Shown here piece by piece: positions 27,332-37,707 of a stretch of DNA of 52,665 bases. Below the pieces are notes generated by a model that ran no database searches, had not been told where the DNA came from, and worked only from the letters and a program-made list of their open reading frames with translations. How positions within the stretch are numbered: the stretch's first letter is position 1; every line of letters starts with the position of its first letter. The DNA is from Candidatus Curtissbacteria bacterium (GTDB taxonomy: Bacteria; Patescibacteriota; Microgenomatia; Curtissbacterales; GWA2-41-24): positions 1-52,665 of the forward strand of contig JBBQJY010000003.1 of NCBI GenBank assembly GCA_038326365.1, written 5' to 3'. The position numbers and the translations under genes were made by a program.

Positions 27332-27699
27332 TGGTCGCACCAAGATCGTTTCTAAAGGTCGCAGACAATAGTGGAGCCAAAAATCTGGTAGTCATTGGTC
27401 TTGGCAAAGGCAGTGGCAAGAGATTTGGAAAATTGGGAGACACTGTAACTTGCGCAGTCAGAGGAGCAATACCTAACTCTCAAGTAAAAGATCATGAAAA
27501 GGTAAAAGCTGTGATCGTAAGAACGCGAAAAGAAACCAGGCGAAAAGACGGCACCTACATTCGATTTTCCGACAATGCCGGAGTTGTAATTGATAACAAT
27601 AATCTGCCAAGGGCAACCAGGATTTTCGGGCCGGTTGCAATTGAAATTAAAAAAAGAGGATTTGCAAAAATTGCGTCTCTTGCCAAGGAGGTTATCTAG
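27331..27699 (+). CDS. rplN: 50S ribosomal protein uL14
   Basis: [38 protein letters not shown]. Confidence 0.99.
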   Translation: MVAPRSFLKVADNSGAKNLVVIGLGKGSGKRFGKLGDTVTCAVRGAIPNSQVKDHEKVKAVIVRTRKETRRKDGTYIRFSDNAGVVIDNNNLPRATRIFGPVAIEIKKRGFAKIASLAKEVI

Positions 27700-27700
27700 G

Positions 27701-28027
27701 ATGTTCAAATTCAAAGTAGGAGACCAAGTGATAATAACCGCCGGTCGCGATAAAGGTAAAAAAGGAAAAATCGAAAAAGTTTTTGAAAGGGACAATAAGT
27801 TAGTTGTTACTGGAGCAAATTTATACAAAAGGCACAGAAAAGCCACAAGAACTCAAGGGGCTGGTATTTTCGAGGTTACTAGGCCAATTACGGTTGCCAA
27901 TATTGCAATAATTTGTCCAAAGTGCGGAAAAGAGACTAAAGTAGGGTTTTCGCAGGAAGGCAAAACAAAAGAGCGCATTTGCAAAAAATGCGGTGGCACA
28001 ATAACAGTCGCAAGGAGTCAAAAATGA
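27701..28027 (+). CDS. rplX: 50S ribosomal protein uL24
   Basis: KVGDQVIITAGRDKGKKG KOW motif, CPKC; start ATG 27701. Confidence 0.98.
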   Translation: MFKFKVGDQVIITAGRDKGKKGKIEKVFERDNKLVVTGANLYKRHRKATRTQGAGIFEVTRPITVANIAIICPKCGKETKVGFSQEGKTKERICKKCGGTITVARSQK

Positions 28028-28563
28028 CTAATTTAAATATTTTATACAAAGAACAGGCCCTGCCAAAGCTAATGGAAGAATTCGAAATTAAGAATGCTTT
28101 TGCTGCTCCAAGGCTTGAGAAGGTCGTAATTAACGTTGGCGCTGCCGAAGCATTGTCAGCCAAAGATGTTATCGAAAAAATAAAAGAGCAAATAGCAATA
28201 ATTGCCGGCCAACAACCTAGAGTCACAAAAGCAAAGAAATCAATTTCGACGTTTAAATTGAAAGAGGGAGAAACAATCGGTGTCATGGTTACACTGCGCG
28301 GCCAAAAAGCTTGGGACTTTATGGAGAAATTTGCAAAAATAGTAGCACCCAGAATTAGAGACTTCAGAGGCATGCCAGACAATAAATTTGATAAACTAGG
28401 CAACTATAGTTTTGGGATGACAGAGCAAATTCTTTTCCCTCAAATAGAATATTCGAAAGTGGACAAAATTAGAGGTTTGGTTTTTACGGTGGTCATCAAA
28501 AACAGTAGTCCCGAGAAGTCTAAGCGGTTCTTGGAACTTATTGGATTACCATTTAAAAAATAG
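28024..28563 (+). CDS. rplE: 50S ribosomal protein uL5
   Basis: [38 protein letters not shown]; start ATG 28024. Confidence 0.99.
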   Translation: MTNLNILYKEQALPKLMEEFEIKNAFAAPRLEKVVINVGAAEALSAKDVIEKIKEQIAIIAGQQPRVTKAKKSISTFKLKEGETIGVMVTLRGQKAWDFMEKFAKIVAPRIRDFRGMPDNKFDKLGNYSFGMTEQILFPQIEYSKVDKIRGLVFTVVIKNSSPEKSKRFLELIGLPFKK

Positions 28564-28564
28564 T

Positions 28565-28750
28565 ATGGCTAAAACGTCGAAAATAGTTAAGAATAACAAA
28601 AAACAAAAGTTTGCCGTCAGGCATAGAAACAGATGCAAAATTTGCGGAAGGCCGCGAGCTTATCTTAGACGCTTTGGAATTTGTCGACTTTGCTTTAGAG
28701 AATTAGTACATAGAGGAGATGTACCGGGAGTCAAAAAATCTTCCTGGTAA
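28565..28750 (+). CDS. rpsZ: 30S ribosomal protein uS14 type Z (zinc-binding)
   Basis: [11 protein letters not shown]...ICRLCFRE, 61 aa; start ATG 28565. Confidence 0.98.
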   Translation: MAKTSKIVKNNKKQKFAVRHRNRCKICGRPRAYLRRFGICRLCFRELVHRGDVPGVKKSSW

Positions 28751-28756
28751 AAAATT

Positions 28757-29131
28757 ATGGATCCAGTATCTGACATGATCGTTTCAGTTAAAAATGCTTA
28801 TCTTGCACAAAAAGAGCAAGTAATTCTGCCATATTCAAAATTAAAATTTGAAGTTGCAAAAGCCCTGGAGAGGGCAGGTTTTGTGGGTAAAGTACAAAAA
28901 TCTGAAGACAAAATAACTGTTGATTTAATTTATGTAGACAATAAACCAAGAATGTCAGAAATTAAAAGAGTTTCCAAGCCTGGCTTAAGGGTCTACGTCA
29001 AAAGCAAAAAAATTCAGTTAATCAAAGGCGGTCGGGGAACTTATCTTATTTCTACTCCGCAAGGAATAATGACAAGCGCCGAAGCTAAAAAGAAAAATTT
29101 AGGAGGGGAGGTAATTTGCCTTGTTTGGTAA
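28757..29131 (+). CDS. rpsH: 30S ribosomal protein uS8
   Basis: DPVSDMI, RVSKPGLRVY, ISTPQGIMT, GGEVIC. Confidence 0.99.
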   Translation: MDPVSDMIVSVKNAYLAQKEQVILPYSKLKFEVAKALERAGFVGKVQKSEDKITVDLIYVDNKPRMSEIKRVSKPGLRVYVKSKKIQLIKGGRGTYLISTPQGIMTSAEAKKKNLGGEVICLVW

Positions 29132-29140
29132 ATATAACAA

Positions 29141-29686
29141 ATGTCTAAAATAGGAAAATTGCCAGTATCAATACCAGTCGGAGTCAATGTCAATGTTATC
29201 GATGACCAAGTGGAAGTAACCGGCCCAAAGGGCAGTTTAAGATTTCAATTTCGTCCAGAAGTTAAAATTGAAATAAAAGATGACGTGCTCAAAGTGTCCA
29301 GAAAAAACGAGACAAAATTTGCAAAATCGCTGCACGGTTTAACCAGGAGTGTGATTGCCAATATGGTAAAAGGAGTAGTTGAGGGTCACGAAAAAACCTT
29401 GGAGCTAGTAGGCACAGGTTATAGAGCAGCTAAGCAGGGAGAAAATCTTGTCCTAAATGTAGGATATTCTCACCCGGTTGTTATCTCGCAAATTCAAGGT
29501 ATAGAGATAAATACTAAAGAAAATAAAATTATTGTTTCTGGTGCAGACAAAATTCTTGTAGGAGAAACAGCTGCAAAGATAAGAAGGGTTCGTCCGCCGG
29601 AGCCATATAAAGGTAAAGGAATTAAATACTCTGGAGAGTTTATAAGAAGAAAAGCTGGAAAAGCTGTTAAGGCAGGTGCGGCTTAA
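29141..29686 (+). CDS. rplF: 50S ribosomal protein uL6
   Basis: MSKIGKLPV, GYSHPV, RPPEPYKGKGI. Confidence 0.99.
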   Translation: MSKIGKLPVSIPVGVNVNVIDDQVEVTGPKGSLRFQFRPEVKIEIKDDVLKVSRKNETKFAKSLHGLTRSVIANMVKGVVEGHEKTLELVGTGYRAAKQGENLVLNVGYSHPVVISQIQGIEINTKENKIIVSGADKILVGETAAKIRRVRPPEPYKGKGIKYSGEFIRRKAGKAVKAGAA

Positions 29687-30027
29687 TGAAAAGTAAAAGT
29701 TACCAAAGAAAACAGCGCCATATGCGCGTAAAAAAAAGCCTAATTTCAAATAAGGGCTTGCATCGGCTAGTCGTTTTCAGATCAAACAAATATATATATG
29801 GTCAAATAATAGATGATCAAAGCGCAAAAACAATTGTTGCAGCTTCAGATCTTAAAAGTAAGGAAAAAAACAAAATAGAAAGAGCTAAAATCGCCGGCCA
29901 AGAGCTTGCAAAGGAAAGTGTAAAGAAGAATGTTAAAAAAGTTGTTTTTGACAGGGGCGGCTATAGATTTCATGGTAGAGTAAAAGCTTTTGCACAAGGT
30001 GCAAGGGAAGGAGGACTAACATTTTAA
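29686..30027 (+). CDS. rplR: 50S ribosomal protein uL18
   Basis: RLVVFRSNKYIYGQIIDD, VFDRGGYRFHGRV. Confidence 0.99.
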   Translation: MKSKSYQRKQRHMRVKKSLISNKGLHRLVVFRSNKYIYGQIIDDQSAKTIVAASDLKSKEKNKIERAKIAGQELAKESVKKNVKKVVFDRGGYRFHGRVKAFAQGAREGGLTF

Positions 30028-30501
30028 ATGGCAAGACCAAACAATAGACAAAACAATTTTTATTCGAACGAACCAAAGGAATTTGAAGAAAAGGTAATTT
30101 CGGTCAATCGGGTTTCGAAAAAAACTAAAGGAGGCAATCAAATGCGCTTTTCAGTTCTTGTCGTAATTGGCGACAGAAAGGGACGAGTTGGTGTGGGCCT
30201 TGGTAAATCAAAAGACGTGTCCTCTGCGATTAGAAAAGCAATTAGTTTAGGCAAAAAACATTTAATCAATGTGCCAATCCATAAAGGTACGATTCCTCAT
30301 GACATATATATTAAAAGAGGGGCCGCAAAAGTTCTTTTAAAGCCAGCACCAGAAGGAACGGGAGTAATAGCAGGTGGTGCTGTCCGCTCCGTGGTTGAGG
30401 CAGCAGGTATAAGAAATATTTCTAGTAAAGTGCTAGGTACAAAAAATCAGGCATCAAATATTTATGCGACTCTTGAGGCATTGGGGAGCTTTCTAAAATG
30501 A
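30028..30501 (+). CDS. rpsE: 30S ribosomal protein uS5
   Basis: NRVSKKTKGG, LKPAPEGTGVIAGG. Confidence 0.99.
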   Translation: MARPNNRQNNFYSNEPKEFEEKVISVNRVSKKTKGGNQMRFSVLVVIGDRKGRVGVGLGKSKDVSSAIRKAISLGKKHLINVPIHKGTIPHDIYIKRGAAKVLLKPAPEGTGVIAGGAVRSVVEAAGIRNISSKVLGTKNQASNIYATLEALGSFLK

Positions 30502-30947
30502 CAAATAACTTGCCGAAGGTAGTTGGAAAATCCGCAAAAAAACTTGGACGAGGACCAGGATCAGGTAGAGGAAAAACGTCAGGTCGTGGTACAAAAGGCC
30601 AAAATGCCCGGGGCAGATTATCCTTAACTCATTCACACTTTGAAGGTGGTCAAAGGCCTCTGATAAAAAGGCTGCCATACAGAAGAGGCAAAGGTAACTC
30701 CAAAATGTCCAAAAAACCAATTATTGTAAACCTCGATGCTTTAAATATTATTCCGAAAACTGAAACAGTTGACCTTGAGTGCCTAATTAAAAACAAAATT
30801 GTTAAAAAAGAAGATGCTCAAATTTATGGAGTAAAAATTTTAGGAGATGGCAAAATTAATATTGCGCTAACTGTAAGCTTGCCAACATCCAAGAGCGCCG
30901 CCGACAAAATAACAAAAGCAGGAGGAAAAATTATCGCCAACAAATGA
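30498..30947 (+). CDS. rplO: 50S ribosomal protein uL15
   Basis: [30 protein letters not shown]; overlaps rpsE directly with no rpmD. Confidence 0.99.
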   Translation: MTNNLPKVVGKSAKKLGRGPGSGRGKTSGRGTKGQNARGRLSLTHSHFEGGQRPLIKRLPYRRGKGNSKMSKKPIIVNLDALNIIPKTETVDLECLIKNKIVKKEDAQIYGVKILGDGKINIALTVSLPTSKSAADKITKAGGKIIANK

Positions 30948-32236
30948 AATATTTAGAGTACATCCTAAAAATATTTAGATTAAAAGATCTTCGAGGAAAA
31001 ATATTATTTACTGCATTTATTTTTTTCATATTTAGAGTGTTCGCCCAAGTACCGGTCCCTGGCGTTGACGTTGCTTCGCTAAAGCAGTTATTTGCCTCTA
31101 ATCAACTTTTATCGCTGCTAGACATTTTTTCGGGAGGCACCTTAGCTAATTTTTCTGTTCTGTCTCTTGGGCTTAATCCTTATATTAATGCCAGTATTAT
31201 CATCCAACTTTTTCAACTAGTCTTTCCAAAGCTCGAGGAGCTTTCAAAAGAAGGAGAATCCGGTCGGGAAAAAATAAATCAATACACACGCTATTTAGCA
31301 GTGCCGTTGGCAGCAATACAGGCTTTTGGGATCTACGTATTACTTCAAAATAGCAAAATCCTGACGGCTGTTACACCCCTTACTCTTCTAGCGTTGGTAT
31401 TCACGATTACGGCTGGGACCATATTTTTAATGTGGTTGGGAGAGCTGATAACTGAGCGGGGAGTTGGGAACGGAATATCTATGATAATTTTTGCTGGCAT
31501 AGTAGGAAGAATTCCCGTTACTCTGTTTCAGCAAGCGTCGGTTTTTGATCCATCGCAAATTAAAAATGTTTTAATTTTTGCGGCAATGGCTGTTTTTGTT
31601 ATCATTTCAATCGTTATAGTTACAGAAGCTCGAAGGCCGATCCGTGTCCAATATTCCAGGCGAGGCCAAGGAGCTAAAGCTTCCAGTACTTCAAGCTTCA
31701 TTCCACTCAGGCTAAACCAGGCAGGAGTTATTCCTATAATCTTTGCAGTATCCTTGATTTTACTTCCATCTACATTGGGTAAATTTTTTGAAAGATCACC
31801 CAATGTGTTTATAGCCAACTTATCTCAAACTATGCAAAGATCGTTTAGTCCAGGAAGCGTCACTTATGACGTAGTCTACTTTCTTTTAGTTGTAGCTTTT
31901 ACTTTTTTCTACACAACAGTTGCCTTCAACACCAAGCAAATTGCAGAAATGCTGATGAAGCAGGGTAGTTTTCTGCAAGGAATTAGACCTGGTTCCCCCA
32001 CTAAAAAATATCTAGATTACATCTCGCTTAGAATCACACTATTTGGAGCAATCTTTTTGGGACTGATTGCTGTTTTGCCATCAATCGGACAAAATATTAC
32101 AGGAATTAAATCCCTTCTTATTGGTGGTACCAGTTTATTAATCGTTGTCTCGGTCATTTTAGAAACTACTAAACAGATTGAATCACAGCTGGTAATGAGT
32201 GATTACGACACTTTCCTTCAAAGGAGATCAAGTTGA
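30944..32236 (+). CDS. secY: Preprotein translocase subunit SecY
   Basis: [46 protein letters not shown]. Confidence 0.99.
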   Translation: MKYLEYILKIFRLKDLRGKILFTAFIFFIFRVFAQVPVPGVDVASLKQLFASNQLLSLLDIFSGGTLANFSVLSLGLNPYINASIIIQLFQLVFPKLEELSKEGESGREKINQYTRYLAVPLAAIQAFGIYVLLQNSKILTAVTPLTLLALVFTITAGTIFLMWLGELITERGVGNGISMIIFAGIVGRIPVTLFQQASVFDPSQIKNVLIFAAMAVFVIISIVIVTEARRPIRVQYSRRGQGAKASSTSSFIPLRLNQAGVIPIIFAVSLILLPSTLGKFFERSPNVFIANLSQTMQRSFSPGSVTYDVVYFLLVVAFTFFYTTVAFNTKQIAEMLMKQGSFLQGIRPGSPTKKYLDYISLRITLFGAIFLGLIAVLPSIGQNITGIKSLLIGGTSLLIVVSVILETTKQIESQLVMSDYDTFLQRRSS

Positions 32237-32766
32237 ATATAATTTTCCTCGGTCCCCAAGGGTCTGGAAAAACAACGCAGGCAAAAATGCTCGCTGAGCA
32301 CTTAGGCCTGCCATATATCGAGATGGGCCAACTATTTAGGGATCGGGCAAACGAAGACTCAGAAGTCGCAAAGCAAATTAAATCGGCTTTAAACTCGGGA
32401 GAGTTGGTACCAGATGAAATTGCCGTCAAAGCTCTTCACGAGAAACTTGCACGGCAAGCTAATCGGGCCGGATTCGTCCTAGACGGATATCCAAGAAATC
32501 AAGCACAAATGGAGGGACTAACCACAACTATTGATAAAGTATTTTATGTAAAGGTTCCCGATGAGGAGTCAATAAGTAGACTTCTTAAACGAGGCAGGGC
32601 TGATGACACCGAAGAAGCGCTTAAAAGGAGGCTACAAATTTATCACGAAAAAACAGAACCTCTCTTGTCCCAATTTAGAACAAAAAATCTGCTAGTTGAA
32701 ATTGATGGCCAACCAGCCGTTGAAGATGTCAATCGAACGATTCTGGAAAAAATGAATGAACAATGA
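32233..32766 (+). CDS. adk: Adenylate kinase (short-LID type)
   Basis: [27 protein letters not shown]; TTG start. Confidence 0.95.
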   Translation: MNIIFLGPQGSGKTTQAKMLAEHLGLPYIEMGQLFRDRANEDSEVAKQIKSALNSGELVPDEIAVKALHEKLARQANRAGFVLDGYPRNQAQMEGLTTTIDKVFYVKVPDEESISRLLKRGRADDTEEALKRRLQIYHEKTEPLLSQFRTKNLLVEIDGQPAVEDVNRTILEKMNEQ

Positions 32767-33512
32767 ACTATCAAAAAAGCGATGAGCAAATCGAACTCAT
32801 GAAAAAATCAGGAGACATCTGCGCCAAGGCGCTAAAAAAAGTATTAGAAAATGTGAGAGTCGGTGTGAGTTGTCAAACATTGGATATGATTGCAAAAAAC
32901 GAAATTGAGCAGCAAGGAGCAACATCTTCATTTATGACCGTTGAAGATTACCAATATACTATTTGTGCAACCGTAAATGAGCAGGTGGTACACGGCCTGC
33001 CGACCAAAAGAGAACTTAAATCTGGCGACATCTTAGGTATAGATATAGGTGCGCTTTATGAAGGTTTTCATAGTGATCTTGCAATCACTGTTCCTGTCGG
33101 AAAAGTATCAGAAGACACAAAAGAATTTCTAAATGTTGGAAAGAAAACTTTAATGAAAGCGTTAAAAGCAGCAAAAGCTGGAAACAAAATCGGTGATATT
33201 TCGGCTATAATCCAAAATGGAATCGAAAGTGCAGGATATTCTATTGTTAAGAGCTTGACAGGTCACGGGGTTGGCCGCCAATTACATGAAGAGCCGATGG
33301 TTCCAGGTTTTGGGAAAAAAGGCAGTGGACATGAGCTGGTGGAGAATATGACAATTGCCATTGAAGTTATTTACACAAAAGGATCTGGCGAGGTTGGACT
33401 TGAAAGCGATGATTGGACAATTTCGTCTGCAGACGGAAGCTTGGGAGGACTTTTTGAGCAGACAGTTGTAGTAAAAAATAGCGGCCCTATAGTGTTGACG
33501 CCGTACCTGTAA
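32763..33512 (+). CDS. map: Methionine aminopeptidase type I
   Basis: VVHGLP, IDIG...HSD, GHGVG..LHEEP, IEV, FEQTV. Confidence 0.97.
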   Translation: MNYQKSDEQIELMKKSGDICAKALKKVLENVRVGVSCQTLDMIAKNEIEQQGATSSFMTVEDYQYTICATVNEQVVHGLPTKRELKSGDILGIDIGALYEGFHSDLAITVPVGKVSEDTKEFLNVGKKTLMKALKAAKAGNKIGDISAIIQNGIESAGYSIVKSLTGHGVGRQLHEEPMVPGFGKKGSGHELVENMTIAIEVIYTKGSGEVGLESDDWTISSADGSLGGLFEQTVVVKNSGPIVLTPYL

Positions 33513-33524
33513 ATTAGGTACAAT
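33495..33524 (+). promoter_or_regulatory. Internal promoter for infA-rpmJ-alpha operon, with an overlapping inverted repeat
   Basis: TTGACG (33495-33500), 18 nt, TACAAT (33519-33524); GTACCT-N7-AGGTAC at 33503-33521. Confidence 0.6.
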
Positions 33525-33539
33525 TATCGTTCAAGAATC

Positions 33540-33779
33540 ATGGCAAAAGAAGGTGTTATAGAAGTTGAAGGAGAAGTAGCAGAGGCCCTGCCAAACACCA
33601 TGTTTCGGGTTAAAATTGCAGCTGGCAAACTGCCAAGTGTTAGCGAGGAAAGAATTGTTCTCTGTCATTTGTCCGGAAAAATGAGAATTCACTATGTTCG
33701 AATTTTGCCTGGAGACAAGGTGAGGGTTGAGTTGACACCTTACGATTTAACAAAAGGTAGAATAACTTATCGAATTTAA
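33540..33779 (+). CDS. infA: Translation initiation factor IF-1
   Basis: [38 protein letters not shown]. Confidence 0.99.
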   Translation: MAKEGVIEVEGEVAEALPNTMFRVKIAAGKLPSVSEERIVLCHLSGKMRIHYVRILPGDKVRVELTPYDLTKGRITYRI

Positions 33780-33804
33780 AATAGATGCAAAAAGTAAATA
33801 CAAA

Positions 33805-33921
33805 ATGAAAGTACAAGCAAGTGTAAAAAAAAGATGTGTTAACTGTAATATCGTTAAGAGAAAAGGTCGTTTGTATGTGATTTGTGCCACAAACCCAAGA
33901 CACAAACAAAGACAAGGATAA
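33805..33921 (+). CDS. rpmJ: 50S ribosomal protein bL36 (zinc-binding form)
   Basis: Below the ORF-track cutoff; hand translation [38 protein letters not shown]. Confidence 0.98.
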   Translation: MKVQASVKKRCVNCNIVKRKGRLYVICATNPRHKQRQG

Positions 33922-34317
33922 ATGGCAAGAATAGCAGGAGTAGATTTACCAAGTGACAAAAGACTGGAAGCAGCTCTTCCTTATATATATGGTATTGGCA
34001 TGACCCTGGGGCGCAAAATAATTAAAGATTGTCAGCTGGATCCCGAGAAAAGAACAAAAAATCTTACCGAGGATGAAGTAAACAAACTTCAAAAAGAAGT
34101 AGAAAAATATAAAGTCGAAGGAGATCTGCGACGCGAAGTACAAAGTAATATAAAAAGACTTCAAGAAATTGGAGCTTATCGTGGCATCAGACACTCTAGA
34201 AATCTTCCGGTTAGAGGTCAAAGAACAAGAGTAAACGCCAGAACTAAAAGAGGTAAGAGAATAACCATAGGAACGGTCAGGAAAGACGTTGTAGCCAAAA
34301 TGGGAGAAACTAAATAA
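33922..34317 (+). CDS. rpsM: 30S ribosomal protein uS13
   Basis: [27 protein letters not shown]. Confidence 0.99.
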   Translation: MARIAGVDLPSDKRLEAALPYIYGIGMTLGRKIIKDCQLDPEKRTKNLTEDEVNKLQKEVEKYKVEGDLRREVQSNIKRLQEIGAYRGIRHSRNLPVRGQRTRVNARTKRGKRITIGTVRKDVVAKMGETK

Positions 34318-34706
34318 TGGCAAAAGAAATTAAAAAAAGTAAAAAAACTATACAAAAGAAAGTTTCGCACGCACGCGCTTACGTAACTGCTACTTTTAAT
34401 AATACATTGGTTACTTTGACCGATCAAAATGGTGCAACGTTAACTTGGGGCTCAGCTGGCGCCTCGAATTTTAAGGGCGCAAGAAAAGCTACACCTTACG
34501 CTGCAACAACTGTCGTTGAATCAATAGCAAGAAAAGCTAAAGAATTTGGTGTTTCGTCTATAGAAATTTACGTTAAGGGTCCTGGACCTGGACGAGACAG
34601 TTCAATTCGTGCATTTAAGGCCGCTGGTCTCAACATCACGATGATTGCAGATGTTACTCCCATACCTCACAACGGTCCCAGAGCAACAAAAAGGAGAAGA
34701 GTTTAA
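34317..34706 (+). CDS. rpsK: 30S ribosomal protein uS11
   Basis: TFNNTLVTLTD, KATPYAA, DVTPIPHNG. Confidence 0.99.
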   Translation: MAKEIKKSKKTIQKKVSHARAYVTATFNNTLVTLTDQNGATLTWGSAGASNFKGARKATPYAATTVVESIARKAKEFGVSSIEIYVKGPGPGRDSSIRAFKAAGLNITMIADVTPIPHNGPRATKRRRV

Positions 34707-35315
34707 ATGGCAAGATACACAGGTCCGAAACACCGATTATGTCGAGCAGAAGGGACAGCGCTTTGTGGTCTTCCGACCTGCCCCGTTATCAAGAAAAATG
34801 CCGGTCCGCCAGGCCAACATGGTCAAAAGGGGAGAAGAAAACTTTCTGAATATGGTATCCAGCTTAGAGAAAAACAAAAAGTAAAAAGAATTTACGGAGT
34901 TCTTGAGCGCCAATTCGAGAAATATTTCAATATGGCATCTCGGAAAAAAGATGCAACAGGAGACGCCCTTCTAAATATTCTAGAAACTAGGCTAGATAAT
35001 GTTATTTATCGTCTAAACTTAGCTAGAACGAGATATCAAGCAAGACAACTAGTGTCACATGGCCACGTAAAAGTTAACGACAAAAGAGTGACTATTCCTA
35101 GCTTTAATGTTAAAATTGGCGACATTATTTCGTTGTCCGACAAAGCTTCAAGTTTTGATTTTATAAAAAAGATTTCGGAAGACACAAAAAGTGTAAATCT
35201 TCCCAATTGGCTCGAAAAAAAGGCGACAGTGGGTAAGATAAAGTCCTTGCCAAAAAGAGAAGACATTGATGCGGAAATTAATGAAAGGCTAATTGTTGAG
35301 TTCTACTCTCGCTAA
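34707..35315 (+). CDS. rpsD: 30S ribosomal protein uS4
   Basis: MARYTGP, PPGQHG, LETRLDNVIYR, ARQLVSHGH, IVEFYSR. Confidence 0.99.
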   Translation: MARYTGPKHRLCRAEGTALCGLPTCPVIKKNAGPPGQHGQKGRRKLSEYGIQLREKQKVKRIYGVLERQFEKYFNMASRKKDATGDALLNILETRLDNVIYRLNLARTRYQARQLVSHGHVKVNDKRVTIPSFNVKIGDIISLSDKASSFDFIKKISEDTKSVNLPNWLEKKATVGKIKSLPKREDIDAEINERLIVEFYSR

Positions 35316-35402
35316 AGAGAGCGGCAATACAAAATTTCAACAAAATGAACCAATTTAATATGAAATGCAACATAAAAAAATCAAGGGAGGTGAAAAAATA
35401 AA

Positions 35403-36332
35403 GTGTTAGATTTATCTCAAACAGCGGTAGAAACCGAAAAAGAAACAAATGATTTTGGGAAATTTATTATTGAACCCTTGGATCAAGGCTATGGTCACAC
35501 CATCGGTAATTCTCTTAGACGTGTTCTGTTAACATCACTTTCTGGAGCGGCTGTTACACAAGTTAAAATTTCAGGAGTCAGACATCAATTTACTGCACTT
35601 TCTGGCATGTCAGAAGACGTTGTCGAATTTATTCTTAGTCTAAAAAAACTTAGACTTAAAATTACAACCGATAAAACTGTCAAATTAACTCTAGACGCAA
35701 AAGGTCCCAAGGAAGTCAAAGCTTCGGACATAGAGAAGAGTGCGGGAGTTGAAATTATTAACCCAGAGCTGGTACTTGCTCATTTAGCAGACAATAAGGC
35801 AAGGCTTTCTGCAAGCATAATTGCGGAAAATGGAAGCGGATATTCCCTAGCAAACGAAAGAAAAACTGGAGAAATTGGACTCATACCTGTCGATGCTAAT
35901 TTTTCACCTGTGGTTAAGGTTAACTATCATGTGGAAGCAACTCGTGTTGGCAGATTAACCAATTTCGACAAATTAAGTCTCGAGATTACAACTGACGGAA
36001 CAATAAAGCCTTCAGATGCTCTTAAAGCAGCTGCCAAAATCTTGGTGGATCATTTTACAACGATACATGAGCCACAAAATAAGAGCAGAAAACAAAAGGC
36101 AGAACCGGTTGAAGCAAGTTCAACAATTACAGACGATGTCATAAAAACATCCCTGGAAGAATTAGATTTGCCAGTAAGACTCACAAATAGCCTTAAAAGT
36201 GGGAAAATTGAAACCATAGGCGATTTTCTTGATCGCGACAAAAAGGATTTAATGAAAATGAAGAACTTAGGTCCAAAGTCAGTGGCTTTAGTTGAAGAAA
36301 AACTCAGGGAAAGGGGCATCGAAGTAAAGTGA
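35403..36332 (+). CDS. rpoA: DNA-directed RNA polymerase subunit alpha
   Basis: EPLDQGYGHTIGNSLRRVLL, FSPVVKVNY, alpha-CTD LDLPVRLTNSLK; GGGAGGTG SD upstream of GTG. Confidence 0.99.
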   Translation: MLDLSQTAVETEKETNDFGKFIIEPLDQGYGHTIGNSLRRVLLTSLSGAAVTQVKISGVRHQFTALSGMSEDVVEFILSLKKLRLKITTDKTVKLTLDAKGPKEVKASDIEKSAGVEIINPELVLAHLADNKARLSASIIAENGSGYSLANERKTGEIGLIPVDANFSPVVKVNYHVEATRVGRLTNFDKLSLEITTDGTIKPSDALKAAAKILVDHFTTIHEPQNKSRKQKAEPVEASSTITDDVIKTSLEELDLPVRLTNSLKSGKIETIGDFLDRDKKDLMKMKNLGPKSVALVEEKLRERGIEVK

Positions 36333-36835
36333 GACACGGTATCGCCGGCAAAAAATTAAGCAGAGATACAAATTCCAGAAAAGCTTTGCTTAAAAACCTA
36401 ACCAGCGATTTGATTTTGCATGGTCAAATTAAAACGACTCTAGCAAAAGCAAAATTCGCAAGAGGTTATGCTGAAAAATTAATAACAACTGCCAAACAGA
36501 GCAAACTTGGTAAAAAACGTACTGTAGCCGCGGTACTTACCAAAAGCAGCTTTAAAAGGTTAGTGGAAGAGATCGCGCCTGGTTTTGTTGACAGAAATGG
36601 TGGTTATATTCGAATTATTCGGCTTGAGCCAAGGAGGGGTGATAACGCACCGATGGCAAAGCTAGAATTAGTTGAGTGGGATAAATCTAAGACTTTAAAA
36701 AAAGCAGTACCAAGTAAATCTAAAGCGCCCAAAGTACCAAAGGGCGCTAAAAATAAACTGTCAGCTAAACCTAAACAGGACAGTAAAGAAAAGAGTACCG
36801 AACCCAAACCTAAAACTAGCCAAAAGAAAAAATGA
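36329..36835 (+). CDS. rplQ: 50S ribosomal protein bL17 with Lys-rich tail
   Basis: MRHG..GKKLSRD, IKTTLAKAK, RNGGYIRII, RRGDNAPMA. Confidence 0.98.
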   Translation: MRHGIAGKKLSRDTNSRKALLKNLTSDLILHGQIKTTLAKAKFARGYAEKLITTAKQSKLGKKRTVAAVLTKSSFKRLVEEIAPGFVDRNGGYIRIIRLEPRRGDNAPMAKLELVEWDKSKTLKKAVPSKSKAPKVPKGAKNKLSAKPKQDSKEKSTEPKPKTSQKKK

Positions 36836-37239
36836 AAAGCTTAAAACTAAAGGACATAAAAAGAGAGTGGCACCTGATTGATGCCAAAAATAGAAGCCTT
36901 GGCCGTGTATCAACTGAAGTTGCTATGCATCTCATGGGCAAAAACAAGCCAACATATTCCACAAATCTTGATGCCGGGGATTATGTTGTAGTTATTAATT
37001 CTCGAGAGGTTAAGTTAAGCGGAAAAAAAGAGATACAAAAAAAATATTATCATCATTCAGGTTACCCGGGAGGACTTTATTCCAAAACTGTTAAGGACCT
37101 GCGGGTTCAAAAACCTAATGATTTGATAAGAAATGCGGTTTTTGGAATGATGCCAAAAACCAGAATGGGAAAAATCATGTTAAAAAAACTTTATATCTAT
37201 AGCGAAAAAGAGCATTCGCATCAGGATAAATTTAAATAA
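36832..37239 (+). CDS. rplM: 50S ribosomal protein uL13
   Basis: WHLIDA, LMGKNKP, DAGDYVVVIN, HSGYPGG. Confidence 0.99.
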   Translation: MKSLKLKDIKREWHLIDAKNRSLGRVSTEVAMHLMGKNKPTYSTNLDAGDYVVVINSREVKLSGKKEIQKKYYHHSGYPGGLYSKTVKDLRVQKPNDLIRNAVFGMMPKTRMGKIMLKKLYIYSEKEHSHQDKFK

Positions 37240-37241
37240 AA

Positions 37242-37667
37242 ATGGCAGACGAAAAAGAAATAAAAAATAAGAGTAATCCTTTCAAATTTGCTCACGGTCG
37301 CAGAAAAGAGGCGGTTGCGCGGGTGCGACTCTTCAAGGGCAAGGGTCAGTCAACCGTCAACGCTAAACCGTTTGAAGAGTATTTTCCTCTGGAAACTTTT
37401 AAATCAAATTTTATGAAACCTTTTCGCTTGACCAAAACCGAAGGCCAATATTATGTGACCATAAAGGTAACAGGCTCCGGTACAAAAGGGCAATTGGATG
37501 CGTGCGTACACGGAATTTCTCAAGTACTGAATGTAGAGAATCGAGAAGAATTCAGACCGGTTTTAAAAAGAGCCGGACTTTTGACACGTGATGCCCGAGT
37601 CAAAGAGAGACGCAAATACGGTCGTGCTCAAAAAGCGCGAAAAGGCAAGCAATCTCCAAAGCGATAA
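37242..37667 (+). CDS. rpsI: 30S ribosomal protein uS9
   Basis: GRRKEAVARV, LTRDARVKERRKYG, QSPKR. Confidence 0.99.
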   Translation: MADEKEIKNKSNPFKFAHGRRKEAVARVRLFKGKGQSTVNAKPFEEYFPLETFKSNFMKPFRLTKTEGQYYVTIKVTGSGTKGQLDACVHGISQVLNVENREEFRPVLKRAGLLTRDARVKERRKYGRAQKARKGKQSPKR

Positions 37668-37707
37668 GTAGCAAGAAGATCATATAAATAAAAATTAAAT
37701 TAGATTA

